A stretch of DNA of 64,000 nucleotides from Azolla caroliniana (Eukaryota; Plantae; Polypodiophyta): contig JBHGNT010000020.1 in the NCBI GenBank assembly GCA_043228905.1, forward strand, positions 11,656,001 through 11,720,000, given 5' to 3'. Under the pieces are notes generated by a model that saw nothing but the letters and a program-made list of their open reading frames with translations, had not been told where the DNA came from and searched no databases. Shown piece by piece: positions 1 to 13,352 of this stretch (position 1 is its first letter; each line of letters starts with the position of its first letter). The translations under genes were made by a program, and so were the position numbers.

Positions 1-749
1 AAAAGCCTTCTCGAGGAATTATAAAATAAAAGTATTCGCTCACTCATCTTGATTGGGTGTTGATTGAAGTCAAAAACTATTTCACCATAGTAGATTATGC
101 ACATGATAAAGCAAGGGTAAGGAACATATACGCATTTAGTTGTTGGAACTGCTAAGGGAATAAACCCTTAAAAGGTTACAAGTATGTCAAGTATTGCAAC
201 CACTAAAGGAACCAATCCACAAAATAGTTAATTGAGCCTATTGATCAACATTTTTCATGTATCTCGTTTTTTTTTTGACAAAAAGATTGTATCTCGTTTT
301 AGATAGCACTCAATGGATTTATCCTCTTACCCCATAATAGAAGCATTACAAGTTTGCTTTGTAAGTATATAGTTAGGGAAGGGCATCAAGAAACCTAATT
401 GGCATGCCCATGGGAGGATTGTTGTTTGGATTATTAATGGTCGGTAATGATGAATCATGTCTCCTTGTGTGTGTGTGTGAGAGAGAGAGAGAGTGAGAAA
501 GAGAGTTTGTGCGTACTTGTATTAAGTAGGGCATGTCATATATGTGAGTTTCTTGCATGTGAAGAACTTCAAGAGGGGTTGAACGTAAATTACCATACAG
601 GTGTAGCTGGTGTTGCTATAAGCATCATATTAATAGTATATTACTAATCAATAAACCAAATGAAAGTAAATGAAAGGTGAATAGATTGGATGGAAAAATC
701 TGTTCCACCCAACCACCCCCAACCATGATCAAGACATAGCTAACCTACC

Positions 750-2400
750 ACTGACATGCCATACCGACAAATATTAGGATGATTGTACCTTGAAAGATGT
801 AACACGATCATCGCAACGAAAGGCTAGCCCGCATCACCGGTGCCTTAAGACGACAACCTTCTGACACAATGTGTTTGATGAGGGTAGCTAGGTCTTGTAT
901 TATACCTCTTCCCATGCCCCTTGAATGGATGTGATTTTCTAAAAGACTCTCCATTCATTGGTTATCAAGATCACGATACCCAATCACATTAGTTCCTTTC
1001 TAATATCAATGAAGATACCCTTCAGTTATGTAAATATTAGTGCCCTACATCGCATAGTTATTCTAACCTATGACACATTTTTATTAATTGCTACCTATAG
1101 GAGGAACAATTAATCGACGTATATAAGAGAGGTGAAAAAGGGGAGAATAAATAACACAAAGACTATGATAGGGATGGATGTTCTAAACGTTGAGGATCAT
1201 TTGATTTCTTATATGTCTAAGGTATACAAGTACATTACACCTAAGTAGTGAACTGGTACGAGGATATTCCATGTGGGTGATTATTATTCAAATACCCATA
1301 TGGTTAAAATATATAAAGACAGGAAATCTCTAGGAAAATTAGAGATTTAAAGTGGATGTAGCTCAGTTGGTAAGGTTGCCCAATGGAGAGCAAGTGGTCT
1401 TGGGTTGAACCCCTACATTCCACAGTGGCATCTAGTGAATTAAGAGATATATATGAAGTATATAATAGAGAGGTGCGAAATTAGTATTCAGATCCCAAAC
1501 AATTCCAAATTTCATTATTAGTTAGTCATGGCAGTATTTTTCAAAAAAAGTTATTATTTACGGAAAAAGAGAGTTAAGTGGGTTGTGTTGTGTCTATTAT
1601 ACGAGACTCGAATGGATCAATGACCATGGCAACAAAAAGGTTGGGTCTCCCAACTATATGTCCTTGATAATACAACGAATACCACAGAGACAACACTTGC
1701 TAAGGGACCAAAATGGATATACATGTATGGGTAAGTTAATGAAATCAACAAGATTCAAAATAATGGATAGATAACTACAACAACGAAACACTACACAATA
1801 AGGGACGTGGCATAGCCCATTGTAGGGAACAATCTTTGGTTCTTTTAATTCTATGTCCATGTTGTTATGTTGTACACCAACCACCAAGTTAACATCAAAG
1901 AAAGAGCAAAATGGATGCAACCATTATCCCAAATTTCGATGGATTGTAACAAAGGTATTCACAAATACCAATGGCAACAATAGTTAATTCTTAAAGACAT
2001 TATAAAGAGTCAATGAACAACATGACATGATATAGGGTTGTGAATAGATGACAGTTTACCCATACTACATGCAAGTTACGTGATGTTGTAGGTGAACATG
2101 CAAAAAGTTTATGTTTGACAAAAGACGTTTATAATGTAATTGCTTATATTGTTTCATTTCATAGTACTTAAAATTTACAACATAAAGGAATGAGTTAATT
2201 GTTCCATGCATTAATCAAGACAACACGTTCAACCATGCACAACACACCTTGATACATAAAACTATATTCCTGGTCCTTCTCAACATTCACTGATCCATGT
2301 CCCATATAATAACTTGAAATATATGAATGCACAAACAATTCCTTGTGCTGCAAGATTGGGTCCACTAAAATTGACAAGAATGTATCATTATGTTATTCGT
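750..2400 (-). mobile_element. Highly decayed Gypsy-like pol/integrase debris
   Basis: Scattered minus-strand peptides (YQGVLCM near 2240; KEPKIVPYNG near 1830) loosely resemble Gypsy integrase-region motifs (xGRLCVP, KLxPRYxGP). Many stops and frameshifts; boundaries approximate. Confidence 0.3.
1352..1497 (+). repeat. tRNA-derived repeat module, copy A (SINE-like head plus linker)
   Basis: GTGGATGTAGCTCAGTTGGTAAG (A box) ... GGGTTGAACCC (B-box-like) ... CATTCCAC, which pairs with the 5' end. No valid anticodon arm. Homologous copies near 17759, 25294-25380 (-) and 34476-34647 (-). Confidence 0.7.
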
Positions 2401-4559
2401 TACAATTCAATCTCTATCTTCAATCAAGAATTGGTGTGTCATAAGTGCACCACGATGCTAAGGTGTGTTTCACGAACTTTGGTAGTCGTGACATTTATCT
2501 CCTGACTTATGTGATATAAAACTGATGGAACTCCCTATAGCGAGATGCCTACATGAATAACTCACATTCTATAGAAAAATCAAAACAAGCACCAACCATA
2601 ATTTGATTAACGACTCTTTAGCTCACAAGAGATGCATGCTTGTCAACCACATACTACATTTTTCTTCTTAATACATTGTTAATCTCTCTAATTTGCATAA
2701 TGGCATAGTTGTAAATTGGGAGCTCTAAGTAAGAGAGATCGTCTCCCGAAGGTTACATGTGACTTGAGGGGTGTTCATTCATGCTTTACAACAATGTGTA
2801 CATGTTCATGCCCTTAAATGTTGATTGCTCTTGTGCTTGATGTTTCCACTCATAAACTACAAGAAGATTTATTTACTTTTTGTAAAACTGAATGAAACCC
2901 TCATACAACATTCAATATTTCTAGCTTTGATGTATATTTTTTATAAGTTTTAAAAAAAGACATGGTTTCCAAATTGTAAATTCTATTGTAGATGAGTTTA
3001 TGGTATTTTTATAGTCAACTAATAGTTTTTATGTAAAACACTCTAAAATTTCATGAATTTTTTTTATCCTTAGGAAACATTCCTCGATGACCATGGTCTT
3101 TTGACTTTTTTTTTTACAGGAGATGGTATATATTCAAACTTTAACATTTTCTCATCCTTCAAGACATTTCTCAAAATTTTAGCAATTATTGCACCACACA
3201 CATTGAGATCTCTTGCAAGTTTCGGAAATTTTAAAGAGAGAATATGCCATTATATAATGATCTACCATTAAATTAACACTCACCATTGCTTGAACATGCC
3301 TTTTATCTCGTATGGTCGTCTAGATTACTTTGACCATAAGCTTTGCTTCTTTCTTTCCAAATCTAGGTGTGGATTAGAGCATGAGATAATGGGCTTAGGT
3401 CTTTTTCACCAATGACTAAATTGTAGAAGACGATAAATCCCCATCATCGAAGTCCATATAGGGCAATTATCTCCATGTTTGTACTAAAAAAATTGTAGTA
3501 GGAAATGAGTTTTCCAGTTGAATGTATTACAATCCATATTTTATTTGAAGAAATCAAAGCAATAAGGTGAAGGCAACTTTCTTGAAATATGTCTCGAAAC
3601 AATGATGGAAGGGATGAATGTGGAGAAGAGGAAAGAAGCATGATGAGGCAATGAACAAAGATTATTGACATGGAGAATAAAAGAAGAGGATACACTCTTT
3701 CCAATAAATTGACGAATTTTATGAGTTTTAAATAAACAATCACGTTAAGCAAAAAGAAACCAAGCACAATTCCGGAATTATAGGATGCAAATTCAGAAAA
3801 CAAACTCCGAAGAGCAAACCAATGATGAAAATGTACACAATGAGTAGATCACGAGGGATTGGCTTTTTAAAGATTTATTCTATGGGGTTTAACACCTTCC
3901 TCGAAGCATGCAAATAATGCCTATGAATGTTTCAACCCATGTCAGCGTATTCGAATAATGAATGTTGTGATATTAATCGAACAACTCATTGGTATTATAC
4001 AAGGAGTAACTCAAACATAAGATAATTACTCATTACACTACGATAATTAGAAGAACTATCAAAGTTTTTCTTCCTTCTATAAATTGTCAACTTCCAGATG
4101 GTTAAAGTACCAACCATTAGAGATAAACAAATTTAGGAGAACAATTATGTTTAACAAAGAACATCTCATCATTTTGATCGCTTCTCTACATATATTCCGA
4201 ACGGAATGCGTCGTTAATCCGATCAAAGAACATCTCATCATTCTGCTATGGAAATAGGTTGGATTAACGACGCATTTTCGTTCGGAAAGTATGTAAGGGA
4301 AGCAACGAAAGTATTTCGACATAAGAAACCATCAAAATGTTGATCACCACAAAATCAGGGAGAATGGATTTATAAGGTGCACACACTCACACACACACAC
4401 ACGCATGAACATGAATACACACACACACACACACATCTTTGGGAGTTGATCAAGTGAGAAACGGCGAGACATAAATACATGGTGTAATAGAGGTACTCCA
4501 CGGATGGAGTTGACCTGGGCGAAAGGAAGCTCGTGAAAAGGGGAGCCGAGTGTGTCAGG

Positions 4560-4936
4560 AAAGCTAAGGGATCAACCCGGAGTTAACAGGCTCGGCCTTG
4601 GGAGCCCCGACATGAGGAGGAAGGAAGAGACGGGCGGCCGAGCAAGAGCAAAGGCAGAAAAGAATGGAAGCCCAGGTGCCGGGTGACGGGTTTTGCTTTC
4701 TGATGCATCTGGCCTGTGGCCCGGACACTCGTGTCTCGGGCTTGGGACAAGCGAGCGGGCCACGGGCAGGCGACGAGAGCCACACACAATCTCTCTCTCT
4801 CTCTCTAGGCCTCTGTGGTTTTGAGGAATGTGTATGTATGATGGGTGGTGGTGGTAGCTGACGTGGACAACGGAGCTGCTGATTCGACATCCGACGTGGC
4901 AGGTGAAGCACAGGGCTCATAGGGCTGACGTGGACA

Positions 4937-4976
<40 letters not shown>

Positions 4977-4988
4977 CAAAAAAAAATC

Positions 4989-5032
<44 letters not shown>

Positions 5033-5040
5033 GTCTCTGT
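4560..5040 (+). promoter_or_regulatory. GC-rich proximal promoter / 5' region of the kinesin gene
   Basis: GC-rich patch with CTGACGTGGACAAC twice (about 4858 and 4925), GACGTGGC at about 4894, GGCCC-type motifs and long (CT)n tracts just upstream of the first coding exon. Function is inferred. Confidence 0.35.
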
Positions 5041-5357
5041 TCGCTTATCGATCCAATCTTTCTTGGGCGAAGAAGCTTCTCCTGTCATCAGAAGAAGCTT
5101 CACCATCGCCATCGCCATTTGCCACAGCTCTCTCTTCGTCCCTCTCTCTTCCTGTTTCTTCTTCTTCTTCTTTTTCTCCGACTGTCATTTAATCCATCAC
5201 GACCCACATGGCTTTTCCTTGTCCTCTTTGATGAGAAAGCCTCGATCCCATCGCCCGTATCACAGAACAGATCAGATCAACCTCTTTCTTGGCTCGAGTT
5301 CGATCCTTCACTCCGAGCTATAAAGAGGGTTTTCTTTCTTTCTTTCTTTCTCTATAT

Positions 5358-8300
5358 ATGGTTTACCAGAAGAGCTCTGATGGCATGATGATGATCAGAA
5401 ATTCCAGCAATTACTTGGCCTCTACTAAAGCCTTTTCCTCAGGAAATGAAGCTTTTCTCAATGCAGAAGACTTAGCAGGTATTTTGATATATATTTATAT
5501 TTGCATATGTCTTTATCAACATTTTGTACATTTTTTATTATTGCATAATCAATGATTATGAGGCTTCTCCGTGGAGCTCATAAGTCTGTGGATTTGAAAT
5601 TATTTTGTTCTCAGTTCACTTTTTTCGGTTCTAGATTCTTGTAATGGGTTTTGCACTTTGTTAAACCTCATCAACATAGAACTTTGCAATTTGGTAATTT
5701 TTTGCCGCATTTCTTTTATTATCCAAGTTTTATTTCTTAAGAGCTTTGGAATGAGTTTTTATCTCTGTTAACATCATTTAACTCAAGTTTGTGCCTTAGT
5801 TTTACTTTTTCTGCTGCTTCTGGTATTGCTGAATGGTGTAATCCATTTCTTTATGCTTTAGATTCTGATAATGGGTTATTCTCTTTGTTAACCTTATTCA
5901 AGCATAAGTCTGGGCATTTTGATATTTTTTACTTAGATTCTTGTAATGGCATTGTATTGTATTTTTATCCCAAGCTATTTCTGGCGTGTATTCCTGTAAT
6001 AGTTGTGTTCTACTTTATAGCTCTAAACTTGGGAATAGAGATCCCCGGCTTAACTTCGTTCCATTTAATCTGATTCTATTACATATTCAATCAATGAGAG
6101 GCTTATTTTAAAGCCTCATAGAGCATATTTGTATCTTTTTCTTAGATTTTTGTAATGGTTTTTATTTTTCAAAGCTTGGAACTAAAGAGTGACGTCCTAA
6201 CTTTTCTTCCTTCACATTTGTTTGCATTTTTTTATGTCATTATTAGTTAACGAGAGGAGTATGTGTTTTTATTGTGCTGATGCATCACAAGTTTTTAAAT
6301 CTTGGATAATATGTTCTTGTAATTTTTTTATCCTAATTTATTGAACTGAGCTTGCTTCCTTAGATTCTTTATTTTTTCAGCCTCATGCAACATAATTCTG
6401 TGCATGTTGATATTTTTGCTCCTTGAAATGAATTTTTAATCAGCATTGATTTAAGGTTTTTATTATTGATTTAAGGTTTTACACTAATGAATGAGTCCAT
6501 AAAATTTTGGAATGGGCTCTGTAAATATATTGCTTGCTCAGGTTTTTGTACCGTGCATCATACTGATATATTGATTTAGGCTTGGCATTCATTTTGTTAA
6601 GCATAAGCATGTACATTTTGATATTTTTGCTTCTTTTTGTAATGGGAATTCTACTTATGTATCACATTAAGTCTGCAAATAGAGTGTCAATTTCTTTTCC
6701 TGATTGTGCTACCAATAGTCTTATTTTTTAACCTCGTTCAGCATAAATCTCTGCATTCTGATCTTCTTGTGCTTGTTGTAATGGGTGTTTCTACTAATAT
6801 GTTTCTCTAAGCTACAAACTAGAGCTAGAAGTTAACGTTGTTCCATCCACCTGGTTCTATCATAGACGAAAGGTTTGAAGCAGCATCATGGTTGCAAAGC
6901 ATGGTTGGCCCTCTGGACCTTTCAGAAGAACCCTCCGAAGAAGAGCTCAGAATATGTCTAAGAAATGGTCTTGTTTTATGCAATCTCATGAACAAAGTTC
7001 ATCCGGGAGCTATCCCGAAGGTACAACTAGTGTTGTGTTTCTTGTAAGAATGCTAATCCAAACAATACTAAGGAATCTTAGGCTGTTCAGGTTGCAGGTG
7101 AGAATGTGAAGAACTTCATCATAGCTGTGGAAGAAATGAACCTTCCATCATTTGATGCTCCAGATCTGGAGGTCAGGCTGATAACCGTTTTTGTATTTTT
7201 TTTGAATCCTACATATAGTGGCCAAATCCAAGATAATTACATTTTCTGCGTATTTCTTATTTTTTGGTACTTTTGATAATATTCCATAATGACAAAGCCC
7301 AAGATAATTTATTTTCTGAGTATTTTTTGTGCCTCTTTATCTATAACTAAACAAATTTTTCCATAAATCATCCATAAATTCACAAATAAAAGACTGTGCA
7401 TCATGTCATCATCTGCACATAATATCTTGCATTATTTGGCCTGGTAAATACCTTTTGAATTATTTTCTCTCCATTTTCAGGGTTGCTCACCTGTGGGTTG
7501 GTCAGTCAAATTGGTTGATTGTATTCTCTCTCTCAAGGCATATTATGAGAAAGAGCAAGGTGGAAGGCAAGGTGTCCAGAAGCTCGGGGTTCCATTTAAG
7601 ACATCAGCTCGAAAACAATTAAACACAAAGCAAAATGTTGGATTTTCATTGTCAGGGGCAGGCAGAACTTCAAAGAATATGCTGGAAGAGCTGAAAGGCT
7701 TCTCCAGGAAGACTGGTTTTCCAGAGGATCTAGAGAATTCTTGGGTTAGTTCTGGTGGTAGGTAATTGTGGTATTTGCGGAAACCTTTACAGATACAAAT
7801 TGGCTTACTTAGATCTATGTTCAAGTGTAGTGTGGGTTTTAATGGCCTTCAGATTCAAGCATTGCATGGGTGCAACATGTGTGTCGGAAGTACGTGGATA
7901 CCTTTATGGCAAGAAGAAGCAAGAGCTCACGACAAACATCCATCCTAGGAATTCCTGATACTGTGAGTTGCTGAACCATTGCCAAAGCACATTATACTAT
8001 ATAAACATTAGTTTTAACAATAATTGATTATTGCTTTCCTATTTGGATGACTTGTGCACGTTTTGCAGAACATGCCATGTGAAGCACTTCTGAAGTTGGT
8101 AATGGCCGTTCTTGATGACAAGAATCCAGACGAAGTAGCAATGGTGGGTTCATATATCATATAGACTTCAGTGAGTCAAGTCATGTTGGTGCATGCATGT
8201 CGCAATGGAGGATTTGGTCGATTTAGCTCTAAGTCTCTCACTATATTTCTACAGCTAGTTGAATTCATGCTAAAGAAGGTAATCGAGGAGTTTGGACAAA

Positions 8301-11300
8301 GGGCTCAATTCGAAGGTGGACATGTAAGAATAGTTGAAAGGAGGTGTTAATGTGTTGAATTATGAAAAGAGATTGCATGGTTTTTCTTACATATTCTATC
8401 CTCGGAATAGGTAGGGCACAGACAAATGGGCTGTGGCCAATGTGAAATGTCAAATTTGCATCTTTGATCTAAATGTGTTGAATTATGACAAATGAATGCA
8501 AGTGTTGGGTCACATTCTGTCCCCAGAATATGTAGGACATGAGTAAATAGCATGACTACTGCTGAATAGTTGCATCCCCGAACTAAATGTGTTGAATCAT
8601 GACAAGTGAATGGAGGTGTTGTGCCACATTCTGTCAGAATTCGTAGGACATGAGTAAATAACAGGGCCAATTTTGATGTGAACTTCCCCGTCTCACATGA
8701 TAGTGTCTCAGTACTGCAGACATGACACGACACAAGCCAAATTCAAATTACTCAACCATGAGGGAGCACATTGTACTCACCTCTTAAGTTATAAACAAAT
8801 AAGTTCAACAAATAGAAAGATGGTTGTCCCTCCAGGAAAATAATAATCCTTTTGGATGGGATCCGTGGCTGACTATAGGGATATCCGATACATATCTATG
8901 GGGTTATGGATGTGTGTGCCAGAGTATCTTGAGGCACACTCTTGCCACAAGAACGGAGGAAAAAAAGTAGAATGAAAGTGCAGACATAGAGGACGGCCAA
9001 TCCTTATGTATGCTTAAACCCTAAGTTCAGTCTTCAGACCATAGGTATTCAAGACTTTTCATGGACATCCAAGTGCAAATCTGGGTGGTTATCTCTAGTT
9101 TTAATATTGGCTCTTAATCAAGGTTATGTGTATGTAGTTGCCATTAACGTTGATATACAAGAGTCCAATAATGATGGTGATCAATCAATGATCACAATGA
9201 AGACTTGACGTCCTGTTTAGCTGACACCTTATCCTCTTCAAGTAAGGGTGCATCCAATTGGTAGAAGCCTAATCTCTTACAAGTTATCAAGGCCTATGAC
9301 ACTAGGCAGGTCTGTCTAGAGGTGCCTAGGGATGCAATAATTTATGACATTTTAATTGATTGGGAAATTGTTTTGCTCTTGAGCTCAACCTGATGAACCA
9401 GTTATTTAGGCAACTGCTTAACCTCACTCCAACTATGTGTTCATTCATATGCTGGAGGTCTAATCTGTTACAAGATACTAGAGCCCGTCATATTTGACGG
9501 GCCTGTCTAGGAATGCCAAGTGATGCAACGAGTTACAGCACACTTATAATAATTGGGAAATTGTTGTGTCCTGGAGCTCAATCTGATGAGGAAGTTTTTC
9601 TGGCATACATGATGAATTTTTGTATAGGAGGATTCATATGGAGACTTCCAAGGTTTATGCGTACAGTACAGAAGCTCACATATTTCTAATAATGCTGAAA
9701 GCCTTGCTCATCAATATGCATCTAAGTTAGAGCTGCAAAATAAAGAAATTGAGGTGAGCATATTATATATTTAAAAGTCATGTTTAACGATTCAATTGTG
9801 GCTTGAATTTTAACTGTTTCTGAAATTCTTAGGAACTGAAACGTGCGTTGGAATCTGCAAAACATCAGCTTCAGAACTTGCAGTTAAGTTGGGAAAAAGA
9901 GAAAGAAGCATTGGGTAAGGAGGATTCTTGTGAAATATGAACACAGTGATTGATTTGTACAAAATCAATATAACCTGCAGTTTATTTAACTGATGATTAG
10001 ATGTTAAAATACACGGCCTTACTCAAGCTGCAGAAGATTACCACAAAGTTGTAGCTGAAAACCGTGAACTCTACAATCAAGTCCAGGACTTGAAAGGTTT
10101 CTATTTTTTCCTTTCTTCTTTTAGGTTTCATCAGATCAGAAGCCTGAGTAACATTATCGAAATTTGATAATGGAATAAATCGTCAGGAAACATACGGGTA
10201 TATTGTAGGGTGAGACCATTCTTGCCTGGTCAGAGAGAAAATCGAAGCACAATAGATTACATTGGTGATAATGGATCTATTATGGTTTCTAACCCTTTAA
10301 GGCAAGGGAAAGAGCAACGCAAAACTTTCACTTTCAGTAAAGTGTTTGGACCTTCAGCAGCTCAAGGCAAGCTTTAAGTTATGCATCCACAATTCATGTT
10401 TACTGTTGCTATGGCATTTTCGAAAGCCAAGCGTTAATTCCATAAATGATTTTCTATTTCCAGATCAAGTGTTTCTTGATACTCAGCCTCTGATAAGATC
10501 TGTACTTGATGGATACAATGTGTGCATTTTTGCATATGGGCAAACTGGATCTGGAAAGACATACACAATGGTATCTCCCTTTCCTCTTCAGTGTTTTGAT
10601 GCTTTCTGAATTGATGTTGTAAACTCATTTTAATTTATCGCAATGTGTGCAGATGGGGCCGAATAATCTATCTCCGATGGATTGGGGGGTAAACTTCCGA
10701 GCATTACATGACCTATTCCTGATTTCACAACACCGACAAGATTTTATGAGATATGAAGTAGGCGTGCAAATGATTGAGATATACAATGAGCAAGTTCGTG
10801 ATCTTCTCTCCACAGAAAGCAGTAACAAGAAATATCCTCCGAGCATGTGATTTCATGTTTTATTTCTAACACATTTCTTTGAAGATTCCATATGTCTGTT
10901 TGAAATTTTGTTCTCTTTGAAGGCTTCATTTTCTTTGACTTCGATCTACACTCGAGATAAGGAATAGCTCTCAACAAAATGGGTTGAATGTTCCTGATGC
11001 TAACTTGCTGCCAGTGAACTGCACCGAGGATGTCCTAGAGCTCATGGCAATGGGACATAAAAATAGAGCAGTGGGCTCCACAGCATTAAATGAGCGTAGT
11101 AGCCGTTCTCATAGGTATTTAGGGTTTAGGATTAATATGCACATTACTTCACATCAATATGCATACTTTAAGAAGAATAAGAAGAATGACCAATGTGACA
11201 TTGAATTTTGCAACTTCTGTAGTGTATTGACAGTTCATGTAAAAGGCACTGACCTAGCAACTGGAGGTATTTTACGAGGATGCCTTCATTTGGTTGATCT

Positions 11301-13352
11301 TGCTGGAAGTGAGAGAGTTGACAAATCTGAAGCAACAGGAGACCGATTGAAGGAAGCTCAGCACATCAACAAATCACTCTCTGCTTTAGGAGATGTAATT
11401 GCTGCTCTTGCACAAAAGACTCCTCATGTGCCTTATAGAAACAGCAAGCTGACACAACTTCTCCAAGACTCCTTAGGTAGGTATATATATATATACCTAT
11501 ATAACTATTTAGGCATTCTCAAGGAATCATCTAAGCATATCTCTGGATCACATTGATGGTTTTTCTCAGGACACTTTTTTCTCCTAATAAGAGGTCAATG
11601 GCTATTTGCAACAACTAAGGAAAGATAGGGTCTGCTTGTCGTTAAATGGCTTATTTTGCAAGATGTTTGGAAACTCAGGCCATTTTTTGATCACCAAAAT
11701 TTTTAATAGATTCATCCATTACTAGGATTAAGAAATTACAAGTTACATTTACCAAGAAAAATCTAACTTTTTGGGGAATATCTGAAAAAATGACCCAGGT
11801 TCTACTTTTAGGGATTCATAAACTATAAATGAGCCCATCCATTAATTTTTATTATTATCACGATGCTGCAGACCTTTTATCCAGATGAGAAACCTAGGGC
11901 AGGGGGGAGCTGAACTTCTGTCCTATGCATTACTGTGAACTCAATTAGGCACTGGTATAATGACCCATACAAGCATATGCTGTGCATTGATGATGGTTTT
12001 GCTCTCATTGTTTAGGTGGGCAAGCAAAGACGTTGATGTTTGTACATGTAAGCCCTGATTGCGATTCCTATGGAGAGACAATCAGCACACTAAAATTTGC
12101 TGAAAGGGTTTCAACAGTTGAGCTTGGTGCTGCACAATCTAACAAAGAAAGTGGAGAAGTTAAAGACTTGAAGGATCAGGTATATAATCCTTTTTCTGTG
12201 AAATCACACTTCCATGGGTGTATTTATATGTAACAGTAGCATTTGAAATTAGGATATTGTTTATTCAGGTAGCTTTCCTCAAAGATGCATTAGTGAAGAA
12301 GGATGCAGAATTGGAACGATATCAGAGAGAAAATAGACTGAAAGGCAATGAAAACTCTCTAGATAGATCAAAGAAAGGGAGATTTCCTTTAGAGGTGGGT
12401 CATTTTAATGTTCTTTTTTAACAAATCATCGCGTTTGCACATATAAGTTTCTTAAGGTCACTGGTTCTGAAGATCATTGAAACATACCTTAAATAGTATA
12501 CCTTACTGTATATACTATATTGTACCGTACCCATCATACCAAACTCATACCATAACAAACCATAATTAAAACTTCACATATATTAAATAACATGCCTCAT
12601 ATTGCAGGATCAAGTATGTGATTGGATGAGTCAAAAGCATCTCCCAAACTTCGATTTTGATGTTGTGAATGAGGGCACATCTTCTGAGAGTATTTCCTCT
12701 TCAGGCACCACTTCAGAGGTCTTATTTCCCACCTTTCCACCAATAAAGGGTAAGGTCAGACCCAACACTACCTATGATGAATCCGAGCCATCTATTTCAC
12801 CAAGAACTGCATATGAAAGAATGAGTAAGTTCTCTATTCTGGATCAAGACTATGATGTTATGGATGGGCCATTCAAACGCATTGATGGCCAACATGAAGC
12901 AAACAATATGCCTCTATCTCTACATGTCATGGTTTCCAGTAAATCTTTACTGCATGGACATGAAATGAAAAAGAAATCTTCTTTTGAAGAATTCACTGAT
13001 AATGGCGATAGTTATTACCTGATGGAGGACAGCATTGTGGCCAGACAGAAACATAATGTGTGTGAATCTGGGCAAAAAGATTACATTGGCGAAGATGAAG
13101 AGATTATAAGTGATTATACCGAAGTAGAAATGCGGCAACATATGCAACACATTGCAACTGTTGGAAACAGAAGAAAAGGAGATAAGTGGTATACACTCTT
13201 GCAAACAACACTTTCGTTACTTTTTTATTTTTACAATTTCTTTTCATCTTTATGGATTTGGCTCTGGCAAACCATCTCTTTCATTATTTGTTTTTTGGCT
13301 AATAATGTAAACACGTGTGAGTGGGTTTGGCAATACCAGGAATGGAAATTAA
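5358..13352 (+). CDS. Kinesin-14 family motor with N-terminal calponin-homology domain (KCH/KIN14 type)
   Basis: Exons 5358-5478, 6866-7020, 7091-7171, 7481-7757, 7853-7962, 8069-8143, 8255-8323, 9628-9753, 9833-9914, 10001-10096, 10187-10366, 10464-10570, 10653-10831, 10950-11114, 11223-11476, 12016-12179, 12269-12394, 12608-13188, 13340-13352. CH motif [28 protein letters not shown]; neck [21 protein letters not shown]; P-loop [13 protein letters not shown]; NERSSRSH; LVDLAGSE; [23 protein letters not shown]. Start codon and last exon are less certain. Confidence 0.95.
10367..10463 (+). other. GC-AG intron in the kinesin gene
   Basis: VFGPSAAQ g|GCAAGC...TTTCCAG|at joins in frame to [17 protein letters not shown]; no GT donor at the junction. 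Confidence 0.85.
10832..10949 (+). other. U12-type (minor spliceosome) AT-AC intron in the kinesin gene
   Basis: 5' site ATATCCTC, branch-like TTCTTTGAC about 10 nt upstream of the terminal AC. Removal gives [22 protein letters not shown] in frame. Confidence 0.9.

Noticed and set aside
1352-1423. Functional tRNA gene
   Set aside because: A/B boxes and an acceptor-like stem are present, but there is no proper anticodon arm or T-run terminator, and diverged dispersed copies exist.
4564-5388. Overlapping ORFs upstream of the kinesin
   Set aside because: GC-rich promoter/UTR and (CT)n tracts lacking stops; no recognisable domain.
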